Below the pieces are notes generated by a model, which was not told where the DNA came from, did no database searches, and worked only from the letters and a program-made list of their open reading frames with translations. DNA of 64,000 bases from Eledone cirrhosa. Its lineage: Eukaryota. Every line of letters begins with the position of its first letter. Position 1 is the stretch's first letter. The stretch lies in contig OZ024740.1 in NCBI GenBank assembly GCA_964016885.1, positions 121,582,001 to 121,646,000 on the forward strand, read 5' to 3'. Shown here piece by piece: positions 38,165 through 52,860 of this stretch. Both the position numbers and the translations under genes were made by a program.

Positions 38165-39399
38165 CAAGAAAAAATAGTGACATGGTTTGCTATACAATAA
38201 GGGTTCTATTCACATCGCTGACAATTGTTTCTTTGATCTGGTACGTCTAGAGTTCGCTACCCGCCTGAGTTTGTGTCAATCGATCTCCAATACTTTTTTT
38301 ATAAGCAGTCGTTTTCATCAGAGCACAGGAAATGAAGTAGATACACAAGGCATGGCTTTTATATAGGGTGGTATTAAATCAGAACAATAATATCAATAAT
38401 AAAATAAAATAACTAGATAGGAAATAGTTAAAATAATAACATCAATATAAGTAAGAAATAGAGTATAATGATGAATCTAGCATGTTAAACGAACTGATAT
38501 GATACAGATGTATGAAATTGACATGTGAAAACTGCTATAGGGTACATTAGATATAGTGTTAAGGTGGCGAAGAGATAACAGTAACAACTAAAATGTACTT
38601 GGAGACATTATTTATGAGGTATCTGCTTTGCTGTAGGTATGCTGGCAATAAAACAGAGATTTACTTATTGTTTGAGAGATAAACATTTTCGTTGTATTAA
38701 TTTAGTGAGAATGATAGTTTTTATGTGGTGTTAAGTGGAGTTGTAGATTCGTTACTTAAGTGTCCTATACTAAAGGTAGGGATTGTTAGTTCGAATCATG
38801 GGGGTTTAGTTTTCACAGCATCAATAACAAATTGTGTATAAATAAGACAATAATAACAACAATAATAGAATCAATAAAGGTAATAAAATAGTAAAATATG
38901 CATGGTAGATATAGAGAACATGATGAATAATATTAGGGATACATTGAGATGTTCATAATAATAATGAGACTAATAAGAGGAAAGTAAGATTTCAAGGAAT
39001 GTAGGAGTAATAAGATAATGTACTTAGAGATCATGAGTGCTAATGTGAGATATAATTGTTTGGTCCGAAGGAGTGAACAATAGCAAAGATGGGATTGATT
39101 TATGGACTGATAAGATAGTTGTAGACATTACTTCCACATCCCAGTGGTATAGAATTAGGGAGGCTAGCAGGGGCTTATAGAAGATTATGGTTCTGTAGTG
39201 GGATGTGTGAGAATGCGGATTTCCTATGTTAAATGCTAAGTGATGTTGGTTCGAATCACGGTGGTTTAAATCTCGCGAATTTTGTAGCAATCCTATGTCT
39301 GCAGAAAATTAACCTTTCTATTTTGCTGTTGAATAGTATTTTATTGTTCCTTAAGATATGCAGCAATTCAAAGTTACAGAGCCCGCAGTAGGACATATC

Positions 39400-39835
39400 G
39401 AACGATTCAGCTCAAATAACTGATGTTGTGGGGATATTTATAGCACACAAACACCTACATAAATAATTTCATAACCTCCAAGGAGGAATTTATAGAGATG
39501 ACACGCACCTTGTAGGTAGGAACTTAAATAACCAGTGCATGGAAAGATTACGAAAAAATATTAGAACATTCTTCAAAAAACTAGGCCTAGATATTAACTA
39601 CGAACTGAATTCTAAAAAAGCAAACTTTGTAGACGTAACTCCCAACCCAAGCACGCGATTAATAGAACCGTTCCACAAAAATAATGAGAATCTAGCCTAC
39701 ATTAGTTATAACTCAAACCACCCCCGATCCATAATTAAATCCATAGCACGTATTTTATCCCTTAGAATATCCCGCTTATCCTGAAAGCAGGACATTTTTA
39801 AAGATCATGCTAACTAATATGACGCAGCATTACAT
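39400..39835 (+). pseudogene. Penelope-like reverse transcriptase fragment (YRDD and thumb)
   Basis: ggaggaatttatagagatgac encodes GGIYRDD. ORF 39539-39784 reads FFKKLGLDI..NFVDVT..EPFHKNN..YISYNSNHPRSIIKSI..RISRLS. Confidence 0.8.
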
Positions 39836-40526
39836 AAACACAATCCCATCTTTGCTGTTATTCACTCCTTCGGACCAAACAATTATATCTCACATTAGCA
39901 CTCATGATCTCTAACAGATGAACTTAATTCTAAGTACATTATCTTATTACTCCTACACTCCTTGAAATCTTACATTCCTCTTATTATTCTTATTATTATT
40001 ATGAACATCTCAATGTATCCCTAATATTATACATCATGTTCTCTACCATGCATATTTTACTGTTTTATTATAATTATTGATTCTATTATTGTTGTTATTA
40101 TTGTCTTTTTTATACACGACTTGTTATTGATGCTGTGAAAACTAAACCCTCATGATTCGAACTAACAATCCCCACCTTTAGTATAGGACACTTAAGTAAC
40201 GAATCTACAACTCCACTTAACACCACATAAAAACTATCATTCTCACTAAATTAATCCAACGAAAATGTGTATCTGTCAAACAATAAGTAAATCTCTGGTT
40301 TATTGCCAGAATACCTACAGCAAAGCAGATACCTCATAAATCCTATCTCCAAGTACATTTTAGTTGTTACTGTTATCTCTTCGCCACCTTAACACTATAT
40401 CTAATGTACCCTATAGCAGTTTTCACATGTCAATTTCATACATATGTATCATATCAGCTCGTTTAACATGCTAGATTCATCATTATACTCTAGTTCTTAC
40501 TTATATTGATGTTATTATTTTAACTA

Positions 40527-40714
40527 AGGGCGGTGGATTGGCAGTATAGGTAGAGGGTCTGATGCCATGCTTTACAGCATAGAGTTACGGCCCTTTATGA
40601 TCTGAGTTCAAATCCCGCCGAGGTTAACTTTGTCTTTCATCATTACGAGGTCGATAAAATGAAGTACCAGTAATGTACTGAGTAATTGCTGGCCTTGTGC
40701 CAAAGGTAGAAACA
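40527..40714 (+). mobile_element. SINE family 1 with 13-bp TSD
   Basis: ATTATTTTAACTA at 40514 and 40715. Present only in the right arm. Confidence 0.88.
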
Positions 40715-40822
40715 ATTATTTTAACTATTTACTATCTAGTTATTTTATTATTGATATTATTGTTCTGGTATAATACCACCCCTATATAAAAGCCATGCCT
40801 TGTGTCTCTTCTTTATTTCACG

Positions 40823-40931
40823 TGCTCTGATGAAAACGACTGTTATAAACAAAGTATTGGAGATCGATTGACGCAAAATCAGGCGGGTTGCGAACTCTAG
40901 ACCTACCAGATCAAAGAAACAATTGTCAGCA
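40823..40931 (+). ncRNA. Hammerhead-like motif with 82-nt domain II (inverted copy 38217-38325)
   Basis: tgct-CTGATGA-(82 nt)-GAAA-caattg-TC-agca. The base of stem II does not pair. Confidence 0.6.
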
Positions 40932-41155
40932 ATATGAATAAAGTCCTTATTGTATAGCGAACCACGTCACTCTTCTTTCTTGAATTATTATTACTCCAAG
41001 TATAAACTACATAGAAATCACCGCGAACTCGCAACATCACTATGGAAACGTCTTGTTGAGTCAAACTAAGCCACACGTTTATACTATCCACTACACGGAG
41101 TACTCTAACTGGACTACATCTAAGTGGACGGCATATAACGATAACCTGTTATCCC

Positions 41156-41203
<48 letters not shown>

Positions 41204-41204
41204 G

Positions 41205-41290
<86 letters not shown>

Positions 41291-44200
41291 GAGAGAGACA
41301 GTAAGACAGTATGCGTAGCGGAGACCGGGATATCACTAATAAATGGAATACTTGAAGCAATTAGACACTGCAAATTATCCCTAAATATAAAATCATTCAA
41401 AAATACCAATACACAAATAAAAATCGTGAAACGCTTATACTTTGCACTAGGAAGAGTATCTACTCTATTTATTAAATCAAACACAAACATGCATGCACAC
41501 CCAGACATTTCTAGTTTACTTTAAGCTTGATAGGTCTATCTGGAGAGCACTATATTTATCGATACTATTCAATATATCGAGCAATTACCTACAGGCAACA
41601 GCTTTTCTCAATCAGGGCTGAATTAATATATGCTACAGCAGATGCTTTTTGAAACACCTTATTTCCTAATCCGCATTTCACTATGATATATCTCGATTTA
41701 TTGTCAACATCCATGCTGGAAGTTATGCGTCCATCACCTTTTGGAGGGACTTGCAGATAAGCGGATGCGAATGAATTCATCCCTACCTCGATATCCTGTT
41801 CCGAATGCTTGTAACAGTGTCCAATTTTCTAAAGGCTCCAAGAAGAAGGGGATGGTTTCAATCTAAAGCATTTAATTTACCACCAAAAGCAGAGATTGTC
41901 AATCTCATCCGACGGGCCTCCACAAGGTATCCAGCATGTTTTCTCTATGCTTACGTGCAGTAAACCAATTATGGTCTTCTTACATACCAGTCGTACCGTG
42001 CACAGACTTGAGGTTTCCAGAGCTCACTCTTACACACATATTTTTCCATTCACCTGAATATTTAAATCTGGATTTCCTTCATATTTTATTCATTACCATC
42101 TATATATTCAGACAATAAATTAACACATTATAACCACATATCCATCTGATACAACAAACAGTAATTTATGTCTTTCAATATAATTCTTTCTTTCTCTAAC
42201 CTCTCCAAATTATTGTCACTTTATATGGCAATATTATAGAATTTAGAAATCTTGCAAAATTCCACGGCGGCACATAGAATATATATTTCATGATGATGTT
42301 CATAGCACAATAACATATCATTCTAATCTAGTTGAGAATATTCATTTATTAGGTACTACACTGAATAAGTGCATTAGGCACTACACAGGTTAACTGCATT
42401 AAACACTACATAGGATAAGTGCATGTCTCCTTTCATATCTGGCCTGGAACGTTACGATAAAAGTACTTCTGAGAACCTATTTGATAACTGAAGATAATCT
42501 ATAACAAAAATAGATATTTTGAGATTTCTGCTTCCATAAGTTTAAAGTAAATATAGAACACATTCCTTCACTTAGATCCGCCTTTGAAAATATATTCGGA
42601 TTAAAAGAAAATTTATAACGTGAATAGGATAAAGAACGTTAGACACTATCTCCCACTCGATGTTATAACAATTTGATTGCGTATTAAAACATAGAACTTG
42701 TATGCCTATAGCCTATTTGTCTACGAACTACTTCAATTCTTTAACATTCTTTTGAAGTTATCTTTTGATTGATAAACGTTTATAATATTAAAGCAAAATA
42801 CACTTTTCTAAAAGAATTCACACACGTTGGGAACAAAAGTGAATTGAAGTATTGTCTGGCAGTTAGATTCAGTGCAATATAGATGACGTTCATTTCAAAT
42901 AGAAGAAGTGAAATAAAATATGATAATGCATGTCTGAAAACCATTTTGCCAAGTCATTAAACGCTCGAAAAACGGCGAACTAAATAAACAAAATCAGCAT
43001 AAGTTGAATATAAATCTCTTTTCGTGTAAACACATTGTTCGCTAAAGGAAGCGATGCGAAAATTCTGATCGTCATGACAAATCGACTAATTTGTATATGG
43101 GTAATTAATTGCTAACCAAAACATAAAAACATAAACTGGTAATCACAGGAGAAGAAATCAAGTGAAACACCACAAGAGTGAATTCAGCGAAGGTAGTGAT
43201 TACAAATTCAGATGACATGAAGTTTAATAGCAAGCTACCTATGGCTGGTTACTTCACGCACCATACAATAAAACATTTTGCTTTACTTGTTTGTTATGTG
43301 ATAATAGCTGGAAACACACCAATCGCATCAATGGTTTTACATACGTAAGTACTATACTAAAGAAAATCTCAGATAAGTGAAACCAATGAGAATATTTCGG
43401 CGTTGCGATTTATTGGATAACTTAATATACGACCATGTTAAAACAATAGCAGAAAGAAAGCACATGAATAAAAATAAAATAAAATAAAACTACAATAAGA
43501 GCAGTAGAATCTTATTTAGTTCAGTGATAAAACATGAATGTGCGCACAGGTAATATTGTTCTTTATTAACGAAAAAAATCCCAGCAGGAAAATATTCTGA
43601 GATATTAAAAAACTGTTGAAGCATCTAAAGGTTGCTGATATTGTTGCACAAGATCTAAGTTTGGCAATATATTAAATATGATGTTTAACAATATATCAAA
43701 GTCCAGTGTATACGTTTGAAGCTTTTAAAATTTAAATCATAAAAAAACAAAGTAAAATATATAAATAAATATTAAACATCAAATGATTAAAGTAAACATT
43801 GTAAGGTTGGTAAGTTGATAACTAAACGTAAAATAAGTAAAAAGGAATAAGTAGTTAATATATTTATTTCGGTAGGAAGTTTTCTGTATTGAAAAGTTTC
43901 TATTATATCCTTAAAAGGAAATACGAAGCTTACAGAAACAAGAATGCAATTCTTTAGATCTTATATTTGAAACAGTATCAACTTAATTTTCTAAACGATA
44001 TAAAGAGAAAAATAAATTAAAAATAAAATTAATCTGTAATACTCACTCTGTATTTTAGCAATATTTTGCAAATCAATGCGCATATTAGCTAATTACATTC
44101 AGCCTTATGAATATAACTAATTATGTGCTACACTACATCGATAGCAATATGCAATGTAACTCCTGAAGTAGGAAATCAACAAATGTCTGAATACCGACTA

Positions 44201-44498
44201 CGTTCATGCTTGCGTAATGAGTTTAAGTGACGGTTTTACTACTTGGATTTCCCTGTAAATGATAATCCTAAATGAGCCACGAGGCTGAAATTGCATTTGA
44301 TGTGAAACATTTCTTTTGAAATAAAATGTTTTGAATAAACGTAATGTTTTACAATTTATATTCCGCACACAAGAAATACAAACACATACACTCACACACT
44401 CTCAAATAGCGTGAGAGAGAGGGGGGACGGAGAAAAGTGGGACGGAAAGGGAGAGAAGGGGGCAGGGGGATAGGTGTGTTTTCCAGTATGGTTTAGTT

Positions 44499-47486
44499 CA
44501 GGGGTAGGCAACCTTTTGGAGAGAGTGGACCAAACATCTATGCAGTGTCATGGAGGAGGGCCAAGTTATTAAATATGTAAATACATTTTCTGGAGGTTTA
44601 AAGCAAAACAAGGAATTTAATATAATTTTATTTTAACAAGGCCCCTTATTTTACTGCAGGAATAACAAAAGAAAAAAAAGAAAATTAAAACTACAAACAC
44701 ATTCAACAAAAAAAAAAGCAAATTCCTTATTTTACTGCAGGAATAACAGAAAAACAGCTACTATCACAATCAACAACAAAAAAAGCAAATTCCTTGCTAC
44801 AAACGAAATACAGTTAGAAATGATAAATGATTTAATGAGACACTTGTTTTTGCTTATTGTGCGATAACTTCTCCACATCAGGTGAAGTATTTATCGATGA
44901 GAGGAGAAAAACATCATCCAGGTGGCCGTTACGCAACCTTGTTCTTAAATGACTTTTAGTATATTTTATTTTAGAAAAAAGTTGTTCACAAGCATATGCA
45001 CTTCCAAATAATGATAACAGTTTCGCATTAGTCAAGATGTTTTTATATTTTCCGCTTGGCAATATATATTTCTCGTTGAAGTCAGCAGTGGATTCGAACT
45101 GAAATTTCGATTTCAAAAATTCGTCGCACTGTAAGTCAATTAACTCCAACTGATATTCTTCTGCTACTTTCACCACATCTTTTTCGTAAGGGGTACCAAA
45201 TACCTCAAATAGAGTTCCATATTGCCGGAAGTCAGCAAAACGAGAGGAAAACTCACTTCTCAAATCCTTAATAGAGCTGACAAAGATGTCTAATATTATA
45301 TATCTCTTGTGATTTTGGAGACTTGGAAAATGAGAGTAATTTCCTTTTTCAAGTTGTGATTCCCGGAGTCGAAGTTTTCTCTCAAAAGCAGTAATTTGAC
45401 CAAACATCTGAAATACAACCTTGTTCTTTCCTTGAAGCTCTAGATTCAAAGTGTTCATGTGGGTCGTGATGTCCACTAAAAAATCTAACTTGACAACCCA
45501 CTATGGATCCTGAAAATAACAATTATCTTGGTATTTTCTCTCTCAAAATATAGAAATCTCTTCTCTCAATACTCGGTCTATCAATTTTCTTCGGCTAAGC
45601 CATCGAACATTTGAAAAATATATAAGGTCAGCATACTCTGCCTCAATTTGTTTTAGAAATTCTTGAAACTGGCGATGATTTAGTCCTCTTGACAGTTTAA
45701 AATTCACTGTTTTGACGACCACTGCCATGTTGTCCTTAACATTCAGTGACTTGGCACATATTGCTTCCTGATGAATAATGCAATGTAGTTTGATTAGTTT
45801 TTAATCAATACCGATGAGGTTATTGAGCAATGTAACAAACCACTTTTTCTTTCCAACCATTGCTGGTGCTCCATCTGTGATTACTCCGGAGAGCTTTCAT
45901 AAATCCCAATTCATTTCGGTAATCCATTTTATTGTGCTTTCCAAATATCTGCTCCAGAGTTAGTGTCCTTCATAGGAATCAATTGTACAAACTCTTCCAC
46001 AATATCAAATGTTGGTGTTACAACCCTCACAAACACTTCAAGTTGACAAGTATCCTTGATATCTGTGGTTTCATCGATAGCAATGGAATAATACTCCAGA
46101 TTATTTAAAATGCCCTCCAAGCCACTTCTGACATTTGCTGCCAGCTCTTCAATTCGCCTTGTTACTGTTCTTGCCGATAAACTGATCGCAGAAAATAATT
46201 CCCTTTTTTCTGGACAAACAACATCTGCTACCTTCAACAATAATTCTTTAAAGAAATCTCCATCAGTAAAAGGTTTCATCCTTTCTGCAATTTGTTTGAC
46301 ACCTCGTAGCTAGCACGAGTGTTTTAGTCACTTTCTTCAACTTTTCTAGTGAAAAAGGATGATTGCTTTGTTACATTATTTCTCAGCCGTGCAACTTCGT
46401 TTACTCGTGCTTCTCCAGTAAAACTGTCGTAATGATTATGACGAGTTTCATAGTGCCGTTTAATATTTGAAACTTTCTTTACGGCAATGGTTTCTTGACA
46501 AATTAAGCAAACACACTTTCCAAAGTGCTCAATTAAAAAATAGATAACTGTCCAGCCATCGTTAAAAGATCAGCACTCCAAATCCATTTTTCGTCTATTA
46601 GCTTCCATGGGCTTGTTTTTGTCCAAACAAAAAAGATTTATGGAAAGGAAAAGGAACAAAAAGTATAATAATCAGAATGAAGAAATAAGAAACAATGAAA
46701 ACAAATGTAAATGCAAATACAGTAATGTGATAAAATATGATAATTGTGAATAAATTATATAAAACCAGGTTTCTAACGACGTTGTTCAGGGTTGCCATTT
46801 GTTTTTTTAACCACTTTTGACCTAATTCTAATAATAATAATTCACAGAATTTATCACAAATAATTAAATAAACGTTATTATCGAATAAAAATACCTACTG
46901 TATAGTTGTTACACCACCAGACAACAAACACCAATGAAAATACTCTGGAGGGGAGGGAACGAAGTAATTTTTCCAAGGACAGCTTTACCCTGTGCCGGGG
47001 GGGGGGGGGCACAGGTAAGGTCAGGCAAACGAAGACGACAATAATTCACGAGTGATTTTATTGAATGCCAATATGAGTATAAAAGCGAGTCATGCGAACC
47101 GTAAGGTAGTATACATTTCAGTCGCTGACGAAAATGTATACTTCCAGCCAACGTTTGTGTTTGTTGACTGGAACAAAAACACATACATTAAATCTCAGGA
47201 AATAATAATACAGGTGATATAATGCTTGGCGGAAAGCCCAGAAAACGATGGATAAGAGGAAGTAATAATAAATGGAAAATATAATAAGGTTACAAAGGTA
47301 TCTGTAAATATATAGGGTATGAGCAGCGATTTGTGATGGGCATCAGGTCGGCACAACATTCAAGAGAACTACTGTATCTGTATTCAATACTAATTAGATA
47401 ATTAGTGCCCAGTGTAAGATGGCGGGCCGGAGAAAAATCATTCGGGGGCCGGATGTGGCCCGCGGGCCGGGGGTTGCCGAACCCTG
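44499..47486 (-). mobile_element. hAT DNA transposon (Buster/SPIN type), complete ends
   Basis: TIRs CAGGGGTAGGCAACC / GGTTGCCGAACCCTG. 8-bp TSD GTTTAGTT at 44491-44498 and 47487-47494, with the central TA typical of Busters. Confidence 0.95.
44832..46608 (-). pseudogene. hAT transposase (GTF2IRD2/EPM2AIP1/SPIN-like), disrupted
   Basis: Motifs CVCLIC..KRHYETRH, SIAIDETTD, TDGAPAMVG, HCIIHQE, VRWLSR, LNLELQGK and FGSAYACEQLFS. Contains stops and frameshifts. Confidence 0.9.
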
Positions 47487-47716
47487 GTTTAGTTGATTGA
47501 GGAAACGAATTTGATAATTTTAACGGTCAGAATAAAGCAAAATACTTACGTATATTAGTGTTTCACATTCGGATTACCAAGATTTATATAATGATCCATA
47601 TCATTCTAGTATCTTCTTTTCCTTCTTTATCTTTTTATCCTTCTTAATTTGCTCAACTCAATTGAAATAATTTTCTCCCTCTCTCTTCTCTCTCTCTCTC
47701 TCTCTCCTTCTTTATT

Positions 47717-47805
<89 letters not shown>

Positions 47806-48186
47806 AGATCAAAAGATGGTTTAAAGAGTTCCATGTATTTTATTATGCGCATTTCAAAAACAAATATCATCATGCAATAACATTTGCGTTTTCGTCAGAT
47901 AAAATAGGGAGACATGATATGAAGGTTAAAACACACTTGTGAATAGTGCAGTTTTAAATCAATATATCAACATATAAATATACACGAGTTGGAATAGAAC
48001 TGTGCCTGTAAATAATATTATTTCTTTCCCATTACCTTATCATGTTACACATCACCCCCTTTTTTTTTTTTTTTTTTTTACTTCAAAAACCTTGTTTGTA
48101 AATAATAATATTCTTTCTTTACCTTTTCCTTATCATCTTCAACACCACATTATTTTCTCTCCAACATTTTATACCAATACAAATTC

Positions 48187-48226
48187 CCCCATTTGATAAT
48201 ACATAAACTGCTGAAACCGGTAATAG
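48187..48226 (+). ncRNA. Degenerate minimal hammerhead, U3-A8 variant
   Basis: ccat-TTGATAA-tacataaactgct-GAAA-ccgg-TA-atag. Stem II is poor. Confidence 0.45.
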
Positions 48227-48390
48227 ACAATTATTAAATTCATAAATAAATAAATAAATGCCCTTGTTAATCAATAAATAAATTAACTAATACCTGAACA
48301 CTTCACACAAAGTAAAATATTTTGTTTTAAACATTTTCTAACCCAGAAAAAAGAGAAACAAATAAAAGTAAAATAATCGTCTTTTTGTCC

Positions 48391-48494
<104 letters not shown>

Positions 48495-49064
48495 CTGTGT
48501 GTGTGTGTGTGTGAATATATAAACATGTATGAAAAATGGCGTGCTGCGTATTTGCAAATGGGTTACATATGAATAACATTAGTCCTTCAACAGTGAGCTT
48601 CCAACATTCATTGGTATTTCTTCGTTTTAAAGATCATATGCCTCTGGTTTGTGCGAGCAATAATAGGGTGAAGCTAGCGAGACATGTAAACAAACTTAGA
48701 TGGTAATGCAACGGAAAGAGAGGAAAAGGAAAAATAAGTCCATTATATCTATGAACTTAAGTACGGTGCAATCATAGACGAGAGATAAAGCCCATCCGAC
48801 CTGGGTGAGATGTCAGCGAGAAAAGGATTTCACACAGGTCAAACGAGACGAGGTAAGAGAGGGGGAGTAGCAGAGAGTGAGTGAGTAAAAGTGTGAGGAA
48901 GAGGCCAGCTGAGAGAGAGTGACTGACTATACCTCTAGTTGGTGAGAGCAATAACTAAAAAAAAGATATTGGGACACATAAAATAGGGAGAGAAGGGGAG
49001 TAACAGGGAGTGAGTGAGTGAAAATGTATATATATATATGTGTGTGTGTCTTTGTGTGTGAGAC

Positions 49065-49105
<41 letters not shown>

Positions 49106-49182
49106 ATGTGTGAGTATGTAAATATATGTATATGTCTGTATATATGTATATATATATACATATGCCAGAGCATAGCCTCAGC

Positions 49183-49270
<88 letters not shown>

Positions 49271-49779
49271 ACAGCATAGCCTCAGCCAGATTAAAAGAGT
49301 AATACATATACATATATATATATATATAAATATATGTGTGTAAATTATGTATGTAGGTATATATATGTATGTGTATGTCTGTATATTTTACCTTATTCTT
49401 ACTTTTATACCTTATTATAGTGTAATTTTCCCCATGCCTTATTATACATTATTAATTATAGATTATTATTATTACTCTTATTCCATTTCTGATTACCTCA
49501 TGTACTTTCTCCTCCGTTATATATATATATTGTATGCCCTTTGTGTGTGTGTAGCCTCTGCACACCCTCTGCACCCTACTATCGACGCCACCCCATCTAT
49601 GGCTCCAGTAACCACTCGACTTCCGGGAATGAGTATGACCACGGCTACTAAACAAGGACCCACACCACACCCTCCAGCACCAAAATTAGACTTATCGACC
49701 CCTGCTTTTGCTCTTTACTCTCTTTACTCTTTGTTCTTGAATGTTTAGTTGGTAGAGTCCATAACACCAATCAAACCCC

Positions 49780-49839
49780 TTTTATAGCTCTGAAGAATCC
49801 TATGGTTACGTAAGGAAGAAACATTGTAAGCCAATAAAA
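49780..49839 (+). ncRNA. Minimal type I hammerhead ribozyme in a TA-flanked element (~49330-49875)
   Basis: ttttatagct-CTGAAGA-a tcct..agga a-GAAA-cattg-TA-agccaataaaa. Confidence 0.7.
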
Positions 49840-49873
49840 ATATTTTGATGTTGTAGACGCTCTTGTGTTCTTT

Positions 49874-49919
<46 letters not shown>

Positions 49920-49969
49920 TACATATATATATATACACGTTTTGTCACATCTCGTGTTCATTATTTCCT

Positions 49970-50141
49970 ATCGGTAGAGGGTCGGACGCCATGCTTTCCA
50001 GCATAGTTACGTCCCTTTACAATCTGAGTTCAAATCCCGCCGAGGTTGACTTTGCCTTTCAGCCTTACGGGTTCGATAAAATAAAGTACCAGCAATGCAC
50101 TGTGTAATTGCTGGTCTTGTGCCTAAAGTAGAAACAATTAT
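49970..50141 (+). mobile_element. SINE family 1
   Basis: Conserved core and tail. Confidence 0.85.
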
Positions 50142-50149
50142 TTCCTTGT

Positions 50150-50630
50150 ACACGATTGACATGCGCAGCCGGGTTGGAGGTGGTATCATGACTGGTAGGT
50201 GTATAATCAGTCGTGACATGGTATTATTGAACACGACAGAAGGCGATCCCCATTCGCGTTTGATAGGTTTGATGCCGAGTGGTGAATGGCTGGAAGGAAA
50301 ATATGTGCAACAAAATGAGAAACACTCGTCCTCTTAAGGAATCCTCCACAGCGTTGTCTACTGGTGAACGGATTATCACTGAAGCAGGTGGAAGAGGTCA
50401 AGTATTTCGAAGCTGTGTTCACAATGGGCATATGAATAGTATGTCACAGGCAAGGGTCACTAAGCAGATATCTACGGGAAAATCGAACAGCAGCAGAATC
50501 AGGGGTTGACCGCAAGTAAATCATTTAATAACATTCATGATCTCCGGCTGCATCGTTTGTGAACATATCCGGATATGTTGGAAACAGTTGCTCCTGTCAG
50601 GAGCCGCTGGAAGGATTCTGTCTGCCAGGA
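50150..50630 (-). mobile_element. Possible Gypsy integrase relic
   Basis: Minus-strand HIHMPIV..KYLT..CFSDNPFTS..FLKRTS..VAHIFL loosely follows the rve pattern HxDIVGP..YLLT.xDxFT. Confidence 0.3.
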
Positions 50631-50646
50631 TTAAGTAGGTAATGAA

Positions 50647-50716
<70 letters not shown>

Positions 50717-50769
50717 ATATATACATGTCTCTGTGTGTGTATGTGTGTTTGAGTGTGTGTATGTATGTG

Positions 50770-50820
<51 letters not shown>

Positions 50821-50959
50821 GGTGTTACATAATTATGACGAATGTCTTATTCGTGGGATATCTTTTTTATATCAATAGCGCCGTGAATCCATTTTACAAC
50901 TATGCCGCACAGGCGAAAATACAAGAAAATACAAATATATTTAGGTGTTGCACAATATC

Positions 50960-52860
50960 GTGAGTTGTAAACGGTATGCCAAATATTTGCAATAGGTTAG
51001 TGTAATATTAGTTGCAGTTTTGGTTTGTTTTCATTTGTGTACAAGGTCCTCAATGAATTTAAACTAAATGTGGAGAAATAATGTTACATCGCTGAATTGT
51101 TTTAATTATTCGTATATAGCTGAAGTATTTGCCATTACTTTTATGAGGCGAGCTTTTCGATATTTGTTTTGATTTAACAAGATAATGAAGACCATTGCAC
51201 TGTTGCTTCCGTGCTGGTTTTGTTGGCGAGTGATAAACAAGCTGATTCTTTTCAATTCCATCTCTTGTTATGATGTTACAAATTATTTTTCTTCTCTTTT
51301 GATTTCGTAACCGGAATTGATTCAAGAATTGTGTGAACCAAAAGGCTCCTTAAAAGTAAGTTGATTGATTTATTTTGCTCTTCATCTATCACAATGTATA
51401 AGAAAATGGTTCGCAGAGAGGACACTTAGTGCATGAGAAAAACTCCGATGGGCAGTTACCACAGACTCAACTCTCCTCCAAACATCACGTGGGATTATGC
51501 TTTTCTTACCATCACGTCGAAGTCGGGGAATCAATTTCAGTTACCGTAAAATCACTAGCCAGAAGATCCGGGATGTGTGGGTGGAAGCAAATTTCCCTTC
51601 CAAACGGGAAAATGAAATATCCGCACTTCAATCAGAAAATTATATAATGAGTCTGAAGAGCGGAAATACAAGATGTCAAGGATGGTTGACAAACAATTGC
51701 AGATCCGGAGATTTAGAAAAGTGATCTTGAGAAAAGGTTTGATATTGCAAGCCAGAACATTCTCGAACAAAAGGATGTCTCATCTGAAGACAACGTTTTT
51801 GTTGAGACATAGCGGGAAGATCGGATATCTCCATTCCTGGCTGTGGTTGATGCAGGACATATGAGAAACATCCAGATGAGTGAAACGAATATTTATTATA
51901 TGAAAAGAAAACAAGGTGCAGAAATCAAGGTTTTGTGTGAAAAAGTAGCTCTTGAAAGTTCGTCATCCAGGTCTGTTATTAATGATTAACGATGGGATCT
52001 TCATGTAAGAACCACCCCCAAAATCACCATTAATAAAGCCGGATCTCGGTGCCATCTTTGTTGCCCCAATAGAACGGGAGAAACTGTCGGTATGACAAGC
52101 AAGTACTTTTTACATCACAATTGTGAAGAGTGTTGGTTATGATATGTTAGAAGTCTCGGTTTCCCCGTCAATTGTTTATCGAACAAGAAAACGTCACCAT
52201 GAGGAAACTTCTCAGGATCCTGTGTTATCTACAGATTCTGGCTAGTCCTCCACTGGGATGAAGAATCATTACCATCGGCTTCACCATGCCGCATACTCGA
52301 GAACTGATTGCAGTTATAATTATGAGAAAAGGGAATTAGGAGCTATACGGCGTTCTGATGGCAAGGGAAGGATCCGGATAGCAAAATGCTGAAGTCGTTT
52401 TGAAGGAAATTCAACGTAACAAATTGAGTATAGAATAATTGACATGTTCAGCAACACTACCACCACTAACAACGGCATGCAATAAGGAGCTTATGCAAAA
52501 ATTGAAGCGGTTCTGAAAAAAGTTTAGAAGAAAGTCTTCCAGATATGTTTCCCATCATCAGACTTGTTTCCCAATATTCAAAATGTTCCATGTATGAGAT
52601 TTATTATCATACTATCCCGAAAGTTGAAACGCCCATGGAAGTATTTTCCAAACAAAAATGGGGGAAATGAATATCTACTGCATGCAATGCTTTCTGGATA
52701 TCATCCACGAAAAGACAATGGCGAGATCACTATCCTGGTGGTTGGCTGTCTCCCTAGTTCGCTCTCTCTGTCACATGAGCTTACCAGTAGGCTCGTTTGA
52801 TGGCTTAGACCATATATGTGATCAAGATAGTTATCTTCAAAAACATCTTTAGCTTACACT
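50960..52860 (-). mobile_element. Possible highly degraded DNA transposon (piggyBac-like) relic
   Basis: Minus-strand fragments FHGRFNFR, KSHTWNILN and SSMRH resemble piggyBac motifs. No clear TIRs. Confidence 0.25.

Larger units (their letters stand above)
38160..40987. mobile_element. Penelope-like element with ~940-bp inverted arms (38160-39097 / 39841-40987) around an RT fragment
   Basis: Long inverted repeat, HHR motif in each arm, central PLE RT relic and (TA)n at the left end. Confidence 0.8.

Noticed and set aside
41560-42010. Possible host exon or RTE-LINE fragment
   Set aside because: There is only a vague resemblance to a LINE RT C-terminus, with no clear motifs or splice-supported frame.
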